A stretch of 64,000 nucleotides of DNA from Dehalococcoidia bacterium (GCA_963662615.2 CAXXSR010000001.1:256001-320000), one strand, 5' to 3'. Positions 40,387 to 50,620 are shown, counted from the stretch's first letter. Numbers and translations: made by a program. The notes: generated from the sequence alone by a model not told the origin.

Positions 40387-40644
40387 GTGTACTTTCGCTA
40401 TGACGCGGAGGGCGATGTGCTGTTCGTGGAGCTGAGGCCGGAAGCGAAAGCGGCCACGGGGAAGCGCCTCGACGAGCGGCGCATTATTCACCGTAACGCG
40501 GACGGGAGCGTGGCCGCCGTGGAATTCCTGTTCGTCAGCAAGGGGGTCAACCTTGAGGGCGTCCCCGAGGCGGATCGCATCGCCGCCGCCATGCGGTCGT
40601 TCCCCACACCGACGCTAGTCCCTGGTGCGGGTGCGCGCGACTGA
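40387..40644 (+). CDS. DUF2283 domain protein (putative antitoxin)
   Basis: RYDAEGDVLFVEL...IIHRNADGSVAAVEFL; GGAGG RBS. Confidence 0.82.
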   Translation: MYFRYDAEGDVLFVELRPEAKAATGKRLDERRIIHRNADGSVAAVEFLFVSKGVNLEGVPEADRIAAAMRSFPTPTLVPGAGARD

Positions 40645-40689
40645 CGCATGTCCAGGTTCGGCCGTCGGCGCGATGTCCGAATGTCCCAG

Positions 40690-41559
40690 TCAGACTTCCT
40701 TCCCCTCGCCCTCGAGCACGTCGTCAAGAAACTCACGCACGGCTTGTACGAACTCGTCCGGCCTGTCCCCGGCGACGGAGTGACCCGCACCTGCGATGGT
40801 GACCAGCCGCACGACGTCAATTGCGTCGGCGAACCGCTGCGCCTGCTCCTGACTGAGCACGGGGCTCTCGCCGCCGCGGAGCAGCAAGGTCGGGCATCGC
40901 AAGCGGCGGGCCGTCGCCCAGAGGTCCTCGTCGCTGCGGCTGATCCCACGAAAGCCGGCCTCGCGGAAGCGCCGGTCGAACTGCTTGGCCAGCGTGCCCT
41001 CCGCCGTCTCGCGCAGGGGCAGCGCCAGCCGCTCCCGCAGCCGCTCCTGGGAGCGCCAGGGGTAGTAGCGGTGCGTGTGCTCCACCCAGGCATCCAGGCT
41101 CTCCAGCTCGTAGGGGCCGGCGACAAACCGCCGCACCGCCTCGGCGCCGTCCAGGTTGACCTCCGGTCCCACGTCGGCCAGGACCAGCGCCCGGACGGCC
41201 TGCGCTCTTTGCGCGGCGACGGTCATGGCGACGATCCCGCCCATGCTGTGGCCCAGCAGCACCGGTCGCTCCAGCGCCAGCGCCTCCATGATCCCCGTAG
41301 CGTCGCGGACCATGGTGTCGCGGTCGTAATCCTCTGGTCGCTGGGCCCAATCGGAGAGGCCGTGGCCGCGCTGGTCAATCGCCCGCAGGCGGAGGCGGTC
41401 GCGGAGGCGGGGCGCCACCTCGTCCCAGGAGTGGCAGTTCAGCGCGAAGCCGTGCAGCGCCAGGGCCGCAACCGGCGCGTCTCCCCCCCAATCCAGGTAG
41501 TGCAGGTTGAGGCCGTTGACCTCCACCGTCCCGTCCGCGGGTTGAACGGCTGCGGGCAC
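40690..41559 (-). CDS. Alpha/beta hydrolase
   Basis: LHYLDWG, LHG, DQRGHGLS, GHSMGG, GAGHSV; AGGAGG RBS before GTG. Confidence 0.92.
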   Translation of the reverse strand: MPAAVQPADGTVEVNGLNLHYLDWGGDAPVAALALHGFALNCHSWDEVAPRLRDRLRLRAIDQRGHGLSDWAQRPEDYDRDTMVRDATGIMEALALERPVLLGHSMGGIVAMTVAAQRAQAVRALVLADVGPEVNLDGAEAVRRFVAGPYELESLDAWVEHTHRYYPWRSQERLRERLALPLRETAEGTLAKQFDRRFREAGFRGISRSDEDLWATARRLRCPTLLLRGGESPVLSQEQAQRFADAIDVVRLVTIAGAGHSVAGDRPDEFVQAVREFLDDVLEGEGKEV

Positions 41560-41797
41560 TGACCATCCTCCTAGGCAGAACAGCCTCCGAGACGGAACGG
41601 CCTCCTGGAGGGAGCGCCGCCGCCCGTCCATTATCCCGGCTCTCATCATTGCCGGCGCCCGCCAGTCCGGGCACCGTATTTTGGGCGCATTCGCCCTTGC
41701 GATCCTCCAGGGCGCCGTCTACCTTCCTCAGCGACCCGAGCCGCGCGCTTGCGGGAATCGTCGCCCGCCCGAGGGATCACGAGCCAACCTGCCGCAC

Positions 41798-42835
41798 ATG
41801 CCCACCGCCCCCTTCGCCGACGCTCTCACCCCCGACGCGGACGTGCATCCCCACCGCAACAAGCTCATGACCGCGCGAGAGGCGGTCGATCGGTTCGTGG
41901 ATGACGGCGACGTCGTCTACACCGGCTACAGCACGCAGGTCCCCTACGCCCTCACGCACGAGATCATCCGCCGGCGCCGGCGCAATCTGGATGTGGTGGG
42001 CGCCTCCCTGGGCCCGCAGGTGACCCAGCTCGTCCTGGCGGGCTGTTGCAGCCGCGTCCGCACCGGCTACATCTCCGGCGCCCTTCGCCCCGGGCCGCTG
42101 ACGGAGATGATGGCGAGCGGCGCGCTGCAGTTCGAGGATTACAGCAACGGCGCCATCGCCGTCATGCTGATGGCGGGGGCGATGGGATTTCCCTTCGTGC
42201 CGATGAAGTGGTTCCTGGGCAGCGACTACCTCAAGCCCGAGAACCGGGCCCACGCCGCCTCCTTCCTGGGCGAGGCGAAGTGGCGCGTGATCGATTCGCC
42301 CTTCGACGGCGACCGCTACCTCGCCTTGCCCGCCCTGCGACCGGACGTCACGATGATGCACTTCCAACGGGCCGACGTGTACGGCAACGTCCAGGGCTGG
42401 GGCGCCCTCGGCGATGCCCGCTGGGCGCTCTGGGCGGCCGAGAAGGTGATCGTGTCGGTGGAGGAGATCGTGCCCACGGCCGTCGTCCGCCGCGACCCCA
42501 GCCGGACCCTGGTGCCGGGCGCGCGCGTGGCCGCGGTGGTGCACGCGCCTGGGGGCGCGCATCCGACGGCCGTGGCGGGGTACTACGACAGTGACTACTC
42601 CTTCATTCGCCTGGCCGCGCTCGCCTACGAGGGACGGGATCAATTCGACGCCTTTGCCGCGGAGTGGATCTACGGCCGGCCCGACCGCGCCGCCTACATG
42701 GGCCACCTGCGAGAGCGGTTCGGCGATGCTTGGATTGCCAACATCACCCCGGCGCCGCCGCTCCCACCTCTCGCTCCGATTGACTACAGCTTTGCCCCGC
42801 ACTTGGGTTGGATGGACGACCCTGAAGGCGAGTAG
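41798..42835 (+). CDS. Family I CoA-transferase subunit A (glutaconate CoA-transferase-like)
   Basis: KLMTAREAV, HEIIR, GAMGFPFVP, PALRPDV, ADVYGN, SVEEIV, GAHPT..GYY. Confidence 0.88.
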   Translation: MPTAPFADALTPDADVHPHRNKLMTAREAVDRFVDDGDVVYTGYSTQVPYALTHEIIRRRRRNLDVVGASLGPQVTQLVLAGCCSRVRTGYISGALRPGPLTEMMASGALQFEDYSNGAIAVMLMAGAMGFPFVPMKWFLGSDYLKPENRAHAASFLGEAKWRVIDSPFDGDRYLALPALRPDVTMMHFQRADVYGNVQGWGALGDARWALWAAEKVIVSVEEIVPTAVVRRDPSRTLVPGARVAAVVHAPGGAHPTAVAGYYDSDYSFIRLAALAYEGRDQFDAFAAEWIYGRPDRAAYMGHLRERFGDAWIANITPAPPLPPLAPIDYSFAPHLGWMDDPEGE

Positions 42836-42884
42836 CGGAGACGTTGCCCCAGCTCTTCGCAGACCGGATCACGACCCCGCGCCC

Positions 42885-43694
42885 ATGAGCGACGACTACG
42901 CCCTGCCCGAGTTGATGACCATTGAGGCGGGCCGCCGCCTGGGCGAGACAGAGTCCGTGATGGTGGGCCTGGGCCTGCCGGTCCTGGCGGCGACCGTGGC
43001 CAAGCTGACGCGTCGGCCCCACTTCGTCTTCAACACGGAGGTGGGCGCATTCGACTGGGAGCCGGACCCGGCGGCGATCACGCGCGCTCCCATTGGCATC
43101 TCGGACATCAATCTGAACGTGGGTGCGGGCATGGTGTCGGACATGCAGGACGCGCTGGGCGCCTGGGGCCACGGCGGCAAGGTGGACTGCGCCTTCCTCA
43201 CCGCCGCCCAGGTCGATCGGTACGGCAACACCAACACCCTCGTCATCGGCGACTACGCCTCGCCGCGGCGACGGCTCGCCGGGACCGGCGGCAACGCGGA
43301 TCTGGCCTGCACGGCCAAGTGCGCCGTCGTCATCATGTCGCTGGAAGCGCGACGTTTTGTGGAACGGGTCGACTTCATCAGCTCGCCTGCCTACATCGAC
43401 GGCCCCGGCGCCCGTGGGCGCGCCGGCCTGGCGCCGCAGGGCCCGAACGTCGTGGTCAGCACCATGGGCGTCTTCGGCTTCGACACCGCGGACGGCGGGC
43501 GGACCGGCTCCTGCGAGATGGTCCTGACGGACCTCTTCCCCAACGTGGAGGTATCGACGATCCAGGCGATCATCCCCTGGGAGCTGAAGGTCGCCGACGA
43601 GGTCGGCGTCGTGGAGCCGCCGTCGCCGGAAGAGCTGGACTGGCTCCGTCGCCTCGACTCGCTGGGCTGGTACCTCCGCGAGGGGCGGTACTAG
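42885..43694 (+). CDS. Family I CoA-transferase subunit B
   Basis: VGLGLP, catalytic E in NTEVG, AAQVDRYGNTNT, GTGGNAD, FVERVDFISS. Confidence 0.88.
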   Translation: MSDDYALPELMTIEAGRRLGETESVMVGLGLPVLAATVAKLTRRPHFVFNTEVGAFDWEPDPAAITRAPIGISDINLNVGAGMVSDMQDALGAWGHGGKVDCAFLTAAQVDRYGNTNTLVIGDYASPRRRLAGTGGNADLACTAKCAVVIMSLEARRFVERVDFISSPAYIDGPGARGRAGLAPQGPNVVVSTMGVFGFDTADGGRTGSCEMVLTDLFPNVEVSTIQAIIPWELKVADEVGVVEPPSPEELDWLRRLDSLGWYLREGRY

Positions 43695-43742
43695 CGCGCC
43701 GCGCCGCGTTGCGCAATCAGGCGGCTGCGCGATGATGAACGC

Positions 43743-44270
43743 GTGCCACCGGACAGCGCCGTCCCCAACTACCTCCACCTGCCCGACGCGGATCTGCTCA
43801 AACAGTGCCGGGTGGAGACGTTCCGTGTCTCCGGCCCCGGCGGCCAGAAGCGCAACAAGACGGACTCAGCGGTGCGCCTGACGCATGGCGGGACGGGCCT
43901 GACCGCGCAGGCGTTCGAGAGTCGCTCGCAGCACCAGAACCGGAGCCGGGCCCTGGGCCGCCTGCGCGAGGCGATCGCGATCACGGTGCGCCGGCCGGTT
44001 GATCTCGAAGGCTACGCGCTGCCGCCGGAACTGGAAGCGATTCTGCCCGTGACGAAACGAAATCGGCTGGGGCCCAAGCATCGGGACTACTGGCAGGGCG
44101 TGCAGGCGCTGCTGGACCTCTTCGTCGCCGTGGACTGCTCGCTGTCGCAGACGGCCGAGCGGGTCGGCATGAGCAGCGGCGCCCTGGCTCGGTTTCTCCT
44201 TGCCGATCCGCGCTTGATCCGCGCGGTCAACGAATTGCGCGGGGCGCGGGGGCTGGTACCCCTGCGCTAG
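43743..44270 (+). CDS. Peptide chain release factor-like protein (RF-1 GGQ domain plus C-terminal HTH-like region)
   Basis: RVSGPGGQKRNKTDSAVRLTH..TG...ESRSQHQNR. Confidence 0.88.
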   Translation: MPPDSAVPNYLHLPDADLLKQCRVETFRVSGPGGQKRNKTDSAVRLTHGGTGLTAQAFESRSQHQNRSRALGRLREAIAITVRRPVDLEGYALPPELEAILPVTKRNRLGPKHRDYWQGVQALLDLFVAVDCSLSQTAERVGMSSGALARFLLADPRLIRAVNELRGARGLVPLR

Positions 44271-44280
44271 TCACGGCGCG

Positions 44281-45678
44281 TTATTCGTGGCGCGCCGGCG
44301 CGCCTGCGTGCGCCAGCAAGGCCTTGGCTGCGGCGTGCCCACTGCGAACCGCGGACTCCATCGTGGCCGGCCACTCGGTATCGGTCCAGGCGCCCGCCAG
44401 CAGGAGGTTCGGCACCGACGTGACCGGCTGGGGGCGTCGCGAGGCCGTGCCGGGCAGCGGCCGAAAGGTCGCCTCCGGCTCCTTCACGACGCGCCAGCGC
44501 AGCACCTTGGCGTCGCGCGCGTCGGGCAGGGCGCGTCGCAGACCGGCGATGGCCGCCTCGGCGATGGCCGCCTGCGGCATCGTCGCCTCGCGATGCGCGC
44601 CGCTCAGGGAGCACGCCAGCCACTGTCCCTGCCCCTCCCGCCCCAGAATGCGGCTGCGGTTGAACACGTACTGCACGGCCGGGTCCAACACCACGACGAA
44701 CTCCTCCGCCAGCACGGGCCGATCCCACTCCACGTGCACGTTGACGATGGGCGCGAACTCAAACGTGCTCAGATCCTTGAAGCCGGAGCGGTGGCGCCAC
44801 CTCTCCGGCAACAGCAGAACCGCCCCGTTCGGCGGCAGGGCCAGCACGACGCCGTCGGCCGGAATTTGCTCGCCGCCGGCAAGCCGAACGCCGGTGACGC
44901 GATCGTCGTCGCACGTCAGCGCCTCCACACCGCGGCCCAGGCGGGCCTCGCCGCCCGCGGCCTGGAACTGTCGCAGCGCGGTCTCGGCGATGTGCGACAG
45001 CCCCGCCGTCGCTATGCCGATGTCGGCGCCGTGCGCGTCCTGGAACAGTCCCACCTGAAAGACCATCAGCGCCTGTTGGGCGCTGATCTGGTCGGCCGCG
45101 TCGTTACAGGTGGGCAGAACGATGAGGTCCCAGAACCGCTCGATTACCCGATCCGACTGCCCGTGGGCGCGCAGCCAGTCGCCGAAGGAGACGCCGTCCA
45201 GTTTCCGGCGCCCCTTCGCGCCCATGCGCCTGATGGGGAGCGCGGCCCGTCCCAGGCGGAGCTTCTCGGGCCAGGTCAGGTGCGCCGAGCGCAGGATGGA
45301 CCAGCCCAGGTTCAGGGGCGCGGGCAGCCACGGCGGCCACGACTCAATGGCGGATCGCCGGCCCGTCCGAGGATCGAGCACGGGCAGGCGGAGTCGCCGC
45401 TGCAGCCGCACGCTGTCGTGCAGGCCCAGCCGCTCGATGAGGGCGCGGTAGGCGGTGCAGCAGCGCAGGTAGACGTGTTGGCCATTATCCAGCTCCATGC
45501 CGGTGGTGCTGTCCATGAAGGAGTAGGTCTTGCCGCCCACGTAGGGGCGCTTCTCGATCAGGACGGTGCGGACGCCGGCATCGGCCAGATCGAGGGCGGC
45601 CGTGAGGCCGGCCAGGCCGCCCCCCACCACCACGACCGGCGCCGCCGTGCCGTCTAGTTGAGGCGTCGCTGGGGCCAC
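44281..45678 (-). CDS. hpnE: Hydroxysqualene dehydroxylase
   Basis: VGGGLAGLTAA, LDNGQHVYL.C, PIVNVH, EPEATF, LAGAWTDTEWPATMESAVRSG; start approximate. Confidence 0.92.
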   Translation of the reverse strand: MAPATPQLDGTAAPVVVVGGGLAGLTAALDLADAGVRTVLIEKRPYVGGKTYSFMDSTTGMELDNGQHVYLRCCTAYRALIERLGLHDSVRLQRRLRLPVLDPRTGRRSAIESWPPWLPAPLNLGWSILRSAHLTWPEKLRLGRAALPIRRMGAKGRRKLDGVSFGDWLRAHGQSDRVIERFWDLIVLPTCNDAADQISAQQALMVFQVGLFQDAHGADIGIATAGLSHIAETALRQFQAAGGEARLGRGVEALTCDDDRVTGVRLAGGEQIPADGVVLALPPNGAVLLLPERWRHRSGFKDLSTFEFAPIVNVHVEWDRPVLAEEFVVVLDPAVQYVFNRSRILGREGQGQWLACSLSGAHREATMPQAAIAEAAIAGLRRALPDARDAKVLRWRVVKEPEATFRPLPGTASRRPQPVTSVPNLLLAGAWTDTEWPATMESAVRSGHAAAKALLAHAGAPARHE

Positions 45679-46601
45679 GCGCCGCCGATCCAGAGCCGCA
45701 AGAGGAGGAAGAGCCGCCTGCGCGTGGAGAGGCTCACGCGCTCGCTGTAGACGTCGTAGTCGCGATCGATGATCGCGTCCAGGATGCCACGGTAGACGCC
45801 CTGGAGGCCGTTGCAGCACATGCGGCTGCGGCGATCGTCCAGCAGGGGGAGGAGGCGCAAGCCGCCTTCGTAGAGCGCCAGCGCCCGCCGGGCGTATTCC
45901 TGCATCAAGCGGCGAAAGGCGTCGTTGTAGACGCCCGCCTTGAGATCCTCTTCTGAGTAGCCGAAGGCGCGCAGATCCTCCAGCGCCAGGTAGATGCGGT
46001 CGCGCTGGGCGTCCTCCTTGACGTCGCGCATGATGTTGGTGACCTGCATCGCTTTGCCCATATCGATCGCCGCCGCCACGGCCTCGTCGCGACGGCTGTG
46101 GTCGTAGCCGAAAATCTCCGTGCAGATCAACCCGATCACCGAGGCCGCCCGATAGCAGTACGCCTCCAGCTCGGCGTAATCGCGGAAGCGGGTCTGAGCG
46201 ATGTCTTGCTCCATTCCCGCCATCAGGTCCAGGAAGTAGCGCCGGGGAATGTCGTAGCGACTGACCGCGTCCGCCAAGGCGATCTCCAGCCAGGCGTCGC
46301 CCTCCCGCGGCGAAGGGGCGCCGTCGTAGGCGCGGGCGAGCAGTTCGTGGGCGCGCCGCAGGCGTGCGCCCCGTTCGGCGGCGTCGCCCGCCTCGTCGAC
46401 GGCGTCGTCGACCGTGCCGGCGAACGCATAGGCGGCGTAGATGGCGTTGCGCTTTCGTTTGGGGAGGGAAACGAAGGCGTAGTAGAAGTTGGTGGCACGC
46501 CGTTTTGTGAAGGCGCGGCAGGCGGCGTAGGCCTGCTGTAGCGTCAACGGCTGCGACTGCGCGGTGATGGACGCCGCCCGATCACCCGTCGCGCCGGTCA
46601 T
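45654..46601 (-). CDS. hpnD: Presqualene diphosphate synthase (squalene/phytoene synthase family)
   Basis: ATNFYYAF, AYAFAGTVDDAVD, YCYRAASVIG, QVTNIMRDVKED, RIYL. Confidence 0.88.
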   Translation of the reverse strand: MTGATGDRAASITAQSQPLTLQQAYAACRAFTKRRATNFYYAFVSLPKRKRNAIYAAYAFAGTVDDAVDEAGDAAERGARLRRAHELLARAYDGAPSPREGDAWLEIALADAVSRYDIPRRYFLDLMAGMEQDIAQTRFRDYAELEAYCYRAASVIGLICTEIFGYDHSRRDEAVAAAIDMGKAMQVTNIMRDVKEDAQRDRIYLALEDLRAFGYSEEDLKAGVYNDAFRRLMQEYARRALALYEGGLRLLPLLDDRRSRMCCNGLQGVYRGILDAIIDRDYDVYSERVSLSTRRRLFLLLRLWIGGAWPQRRLN

Positions 46602-47500
46602 CAGGCGCCGGCCCAGCGCTGCGCGAGCGCGCGCAGCGCGAGCCAGGCCTTCCGCTGGCGGGAGATCGTGGGCCGGTGCGTCAGCACGTCGTAGTTCTGC
46701 CGTTCAATGGCCCGCAGGACGGCGCGCCCGCCCGCCGTGAAGAGTTGGAGGTCGATGCGCAAGTCCCGATCGACCAGATCAGCCAGCGGCTCGCCGCGGC
46801 GGAAGAGCGCCTCGGCCCGGTCGACCTGGAACTGCATGAGGGCGCGAAAGTTGGCGTCGCACTGCTGCGCCGGGATCTGCTCCTCGCGCACGCCGAAGCG
46901 GTCAAGGTCCTCCAGCGGCAGGTACATGCGCCCGGCGGCGTAGTCGCGCGCCACGTCCTGCCAGTGGTTGGCGAGCTGCAGCGCCGTGCAGGTGGCGTCC
47001 GACAGCGCCCTGCGGTCTGCGTCCGTGTGGCCAAAGAGCGCCAGCACCATCTGCCCCACGGGATTGGCGGAATACTCGCAGTATCCCAGCACGTCCTGAA
47101 AGGTTGCGTAGCGACCTTGCCGTTGATCGCGCCGGTTCGCCTCGATCAGGCGGAGGAACGGTTCCGGCTCCAGCGGATGCGTGCGCGCCACCGCACCCAG
47201 GGCCCGGGTGATGGGATGCCGTCCTCGCTCATCGAAGGCGCGGCGCAGATCCGCTTCCCATTCGTCCAGGAGCGCCTCGCGATCGCCGGGGGCCTCGTCG
47301 CCCAGGTCGTCGGTGAAGCGGCAAAAGGCGTAGACCACGTACATGGGGGAGCGCAGCCGCCTGGGGAGGAACCACGAGACGACGGTGAAGTTTTCGGAGT
47401 GGCGCTTGGCGTAGCGCTGGCACCAGCGCGCGGCGGTCCCGGCATCGGTGGGCGCGAGAGCGTAGCCCGCCTCGATCACGTTCGGCGCCGTCGCGACCAT
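46601..47500 (-). CDS. hpnC: Squalene synthase HpnC
   Basis: HSENFTVVSWFLP, YAFCRFTDDLGDE, YCEYSANPVG, CTALQLANHWQDV, NYDVL. Confidence 0.93.
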   Translation of the reverse strand: MVATAPNVIEAGYALAPTDAGTAARWCQRYAKRHSENFTVVSWFLPRRLRSPMYVVYAFCRFTDDLGDEAPGDREALLDEWEADLRRAFDERGRHPITRALGAVARTHPLEPEPFLRLIEANRRDQRQGRYATFQDVLGYCEYSANPVGQMVLALFGHTDADRRALSDATCTALQLANHWQDVARDYAAGRMYLPLEDLDRFGVREEQIPAQQCDANFRALMQFQVDRAEALFRRGEPLADLVDRDLRIDLQLFTAGGRAVLRAIERQNYDVLTHRPTISRQRKAWLALRALAQRWAGA

Positions 47501-47593
47501 GTCCGCCCGCTTCATGTCGGAAGCCGTGGCGCCGGCTCCCTCGGCCGGAGAGGCGGCGCTTTCGCGCGATTGTACGCCATGGGCGTGGGCCTC

Positions 47594-47640
47594 GGTTGCA
47601 GACCGTGGTTGCGGACCGTGGTTGCGAACCATGGTTGCGG
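47594..47640. repeat. 13-bp tandem repeat x3.6 (GGTTGCGGACCGT) between shc and hpnC
   Basis: ggttgcagaccgt ggttgcggaccgt ggttgcgaaccat ggttgcgg. Confidence 0.88.
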
Positions 47641-47654
47641 CTCGGGGGCGGCCG

Positions 47655-49586
47655 TCAGCGCCGGCCCAGAGCGCGGGCGTAGCGCCCCAGCGCCATGAGC
47701 GGGAAGTAGTGCCGGTAGAGGTGGTAGTTGATCATGAAGTCCGCCGGGAAGCCGGTGCCGGTGAACTGCGGCTCGTCCCAGGTCCCGTCCGGCCGTTGGC
47801 GCGCGATCAGGTACTGGACGCCGCGCGCCGCCGCGGCCGAGCCGTCCTCTCCCGCGGCGATCAGCGCCAGCAGCGCCCAGGCGGTCTGCGAGGGCGTGGA
47901 GGGGCCGCCGCCGCGCAGTTCGGGGTTGGCGTACGTCTCGCAGCCTTCGCCCCAACCACCGTCCTCAAGCTGGTGCCGTTCCAGCCAGCTCACGGCTCGG
48001 CGAACGGCGGGCTGCGTCATGGATTCACCCAGCGCCTCCAGCGCCGGCAGGACGGCGCCGAGGCCGTAGATGTAGTTCACGCCCCAGCGGCCCCACCAGG
48101 AACCGTCCGCCTCCTGCAGGTCGTAGAGGAAGCGGAGCGCTCGCGCCGCCGGCGGGTATTCGCCGGCGTAGCCCAGCCGGCCCAGCAGCTCCAGCGCGTG
48201 GGCGGTCACGTCCGCGGTGGGCGGGTCCAGCGTGGCGCCGAAGTCGGCGAACGGGATCTGGGTCAAAAAGCGGCGCGTGTTGTCGACGTCGAACGAGCCC
48301 CAGCCGCCGTTGTGCGACTGCATGGAGAGCGTCCAGCGCAGCCCCCGCTCGATCGCGCGGCGGGCGGCCGCCGGCTCCGCCGGCTCCATACCGTCGAGCG
48401 CCAGCATCACCACCGCCGCGTCGTCGACGTCGGGGTAGGTCTCGTTGTCGAATTCGAACGCCCACCCGCCCGGGGGCGTGTTCGGATTCTTCACCTGCCA
48501 GTCGCCGCCGGTGAACACCTGTTGGCGGAGCAGCCACGTCCCCGCCTTGGTCAGGGAGGGGTGGTCGCGTTCCAGGCCGGCGTCCAACAGCGCCAGCGCG
48601 GCCAGGGCGGTGTCCCACACGGGGGAGAGGCAGGGCTCCGTCCAGAGCATCCCCGCCTCTTCCCGAGTGAACGTCTCGAAGCCCTTGAGCGCCTTCTGGA
48701 GAACGGGATGATCGAGCGGGTAGCCCAACGCGCGCAGCGCCAGAATGGCGTAGACCCAGGGCGGTTGGATGCCGCCCCAGGAGCCGTCCGCTTCTTGCCG
48801 GTCCAGCAGCCAGCGCTCGGCGGCCGCCAGCGACCGTCGCTGGAAGGGCTGGACGTGGTTGCGCTGCAGGAGCCGCAAGCCCTTGTCCAGGCCGTAGAAG
48901 AAGCCTGCCCAGGAGGCGAGATTCGCGGGTCGCGACACGGCGAAGCGGCGACGGTCCGCCGGATCGCTCCAGAGTTCTTGGACGCTCGCGCCGGCGGGCA
49001 AGGTGGCCGTGGGGCGCAGATTGAAGACGACGGTGATCCCCACGATCGTCGCGCGGGCCCAGGAGGCGAATTCGTAGAGATTGACCGGGAACCACGACGG
49101 CAGCAGGTTGACCCACACCGGCATGGCGGGCAGCCGGTCCCAGTCGTACTGATCGAAAAGGGCGAGCCAGAGCTTAGTGAACACGCGCGCTTCGGCGATG
49201 CCCCCCTGCGCCAGGATCCACTCGCGCGCCCGCGTCATGTGGGGCGAGGCCGCGTCTTCGCCGGCGAGCTTCAGCGCGAAGTACGCCTCAATGGTGGTGT
49301 TGAGTTCACCGGGCCCGCCGTACCACTGCGACCAGAACCCCTCCGGCCGCTGATGATGACGGAGGTAGCGAGCGATCTTGGCCCATTGCTCGCGATCGCC
49401 AATGCCCAGGTGATGGCTGAGCAGCAGGTATTCGGCGGTGATGGAGACGTTCGCTTCCAGTTCGCCCCACCAGTAGCCGTCGGCGTCCTGCCGGCCCAAC
49501 AGCCACTCACGCGCGCGCTGTATCGCCTCCGCGAGCCGGGGCTCCGCCACAGGGACCGCCGTGGAGGCCGAGGAGCCGTCCGCCAC
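47655..49586 (-). CDS. shc: Squalene-hopene cyclase
   Basis: QW repeats (QDADGYW, QEADGSW, QRPDGTW), SPVWDTA, GGWAFEF.N..YPDVDD, WGRWGVNYIYG, FTGTGFP. Confidence 0.97.
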   Translation of the reverse strand: MADGSSASTAVPVAEPRLAEAIQRAREWLLGRQDADGYWWGELEANVSITAEYLLLSHHLGIGDREQWAKIARYLRHHQRPEGFWSQWYGGPGELNTTIEAYFALKLAGEDAASPHMTRAREWILAQGGIAEARVFTKLWLALFDQYDWDRLPAMPVWVNLLPSWFPVNLYEFASWARATIVGITVVFNLRPTATLPAGASVQELWSDPADRRRFAVSRPANLASWAGFFYGLDKGLRLLQRNHVQPFQRRSLAAAERWLLDRQEADGSWGGIQPPWVYAILALRALGYPLDHPVLQKALKGFETFTREEAGMLWTEPCLSPVWDTALAALALLDAGLERDHPSLTKAGTWLLRQQVFTGGDWQVKNPNTPPGGWAFEFDNETYPDVDDAAVVMLALDGMEPAEPAAARRAIERGLRWTLSMQSHNGGWGSFDVDNTRRFLTQIPFADFGATLDPPTADVTAHALELLGRLGYAGEYPPAARALRFLYDLQEADGSWWGRWGVNYIYGLGAVLPALEALGESMTQPAVRRAVSWLERHQLEDGGWGEGCETYANPELRGGGPSTPSQTAWALLALIAAGEDGSAAAARGVQYLIARQRPDGTWDEPQFTGTGFPADFMINYHLYRHYFPLMALGRYARALGRR

Positions 49587-50620
49587 TAGCGCTCCCGCCG
49601 GAGGATGAATTGGGCCACGCTCTCCAGCGTGGCGCGGGCCTCCGCGGGGAGGGGGCACGCCTTGAGGGCTGTCAGGAAGGCATCGTGCTGCTCCCGCGCG
49701 GCCTGCGTCGTCGCCTCCTTGGCGCCCACGGCCGCCAAGAGCCGCGTCACCTCAACGACGTCGGTGTCGCCCACTTCGGCCTGCGCGTAGACGCGATCCA
49801 GCCGCGCCCGCTCTGCTGGCGGCGCCGCCTGGAACGCATAGACGACCGGGTAGGTTTTCTTGCGCCGGCGGATGTCGTTGTCGCTGGATTTCCCCGTCAC
49901 GGCGCTGTCGCCCCAGACGCCCAAGTAGTCATCGCGAATTTGGAAGCAGCAGCCCAGCCGCCGCCCGGCCCGGTTGAGGCCCGCGGCGAGGTCCGCGTCT
50001 TCGCTGCTGAGCAGGGCGCCCAGCGCCATGCTGCAGCCGATCATGGCGCCGGTCTTGCGCTCGATCATGCCCAGGTATTCGTCCACAGCGATGGTCGCCC
50101 GCCCCTCGAAGGCCAGGTCCAGGTACTGGCCTTCGATCATGGTGAGCGCGGAATCGCTCAGCAAGCGGTGCGCCGACAGCACCGTGTCGGCGGAGGCGCC
50201 GGCGTCGCGCGCGCGCTCCAGGGCCAGCTGCGCCAGCTCACGCAGCGCGTCGCCTACGTTGATGCCCTGCGCCATGCCCCATTGCGCCCAAACGGTGGGC
50301 CGATGGTGCCGCTCGGCGTCGCCGTCCTGGATGTCGTCATGGACGAGGCTGAAGTTGTGCACGAACTCCACCGCGGCGGCGCCCGCCGCCGCCCGCGCCC
50401 TTGCCGCCGCCGACCCGTCAATCGCGTCGGCAACCAGCAGGCAGAGGGCCGGCCGGAGTCCCTTGCCGCCGCCGTCGTCGCGCGGGCGGCCATCCGCCTC
50501 CTGCCAGCCCAGCGCGTAGCGGGCCATGTCGTAGATGGGGAGGGGGCGCTCCCGTAGCAGGGAGCGCATCTCGGCGTCCACCAAGGGGCGATGCTGCAAC
50601 AGCGCCTCAGGGATCTGCAC
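49586..50620 (-). CDS. Polyprenyl (FPP/GGPP) synthetase
   Basis: GGKGLRP, HNFSLVHDDIQDGD..RH, EGQYLD, KTG, FQIRDDYLG, KKTYP. Confidence 0.93.
   Translation of the reverse strand: MQIPEALLQHRPLVDAEMRSLLRERPLPIYDMARYALGWQEADGRPRDDGGGKGLRPALCLLVADAIDGSAAARARAAAGAAAVEFVHNFSLVHDDIQDGDAERHHRPTVWAQWGMAQGINVGDALRELAQLALERARDAGASADTVLSAHRLLSDSALTMIEGQYLDLAFEGRATIAVDEYLGMIERKTGAMIGCSMALGALLSSEDADLAAGLNRAGRRLGCCFQIRDDYLGVWGDSAVTGKSSDNDIRRRKKTYPVVYAFQAAPPAERARLDRVYAQAEVGDTDVVEVTRLLAAVGAKEATTQAAREQHDAFLTALKACPLPAEARATLESVAQFILRRER

Noticed and set aside
45654-47500. Carotenoid (crtB/crtI) cluster
   Set aside because: Paired HpnC/HpnD signatures plus HpnE and adjacent shc indicate squalene/hopanoid synthesis
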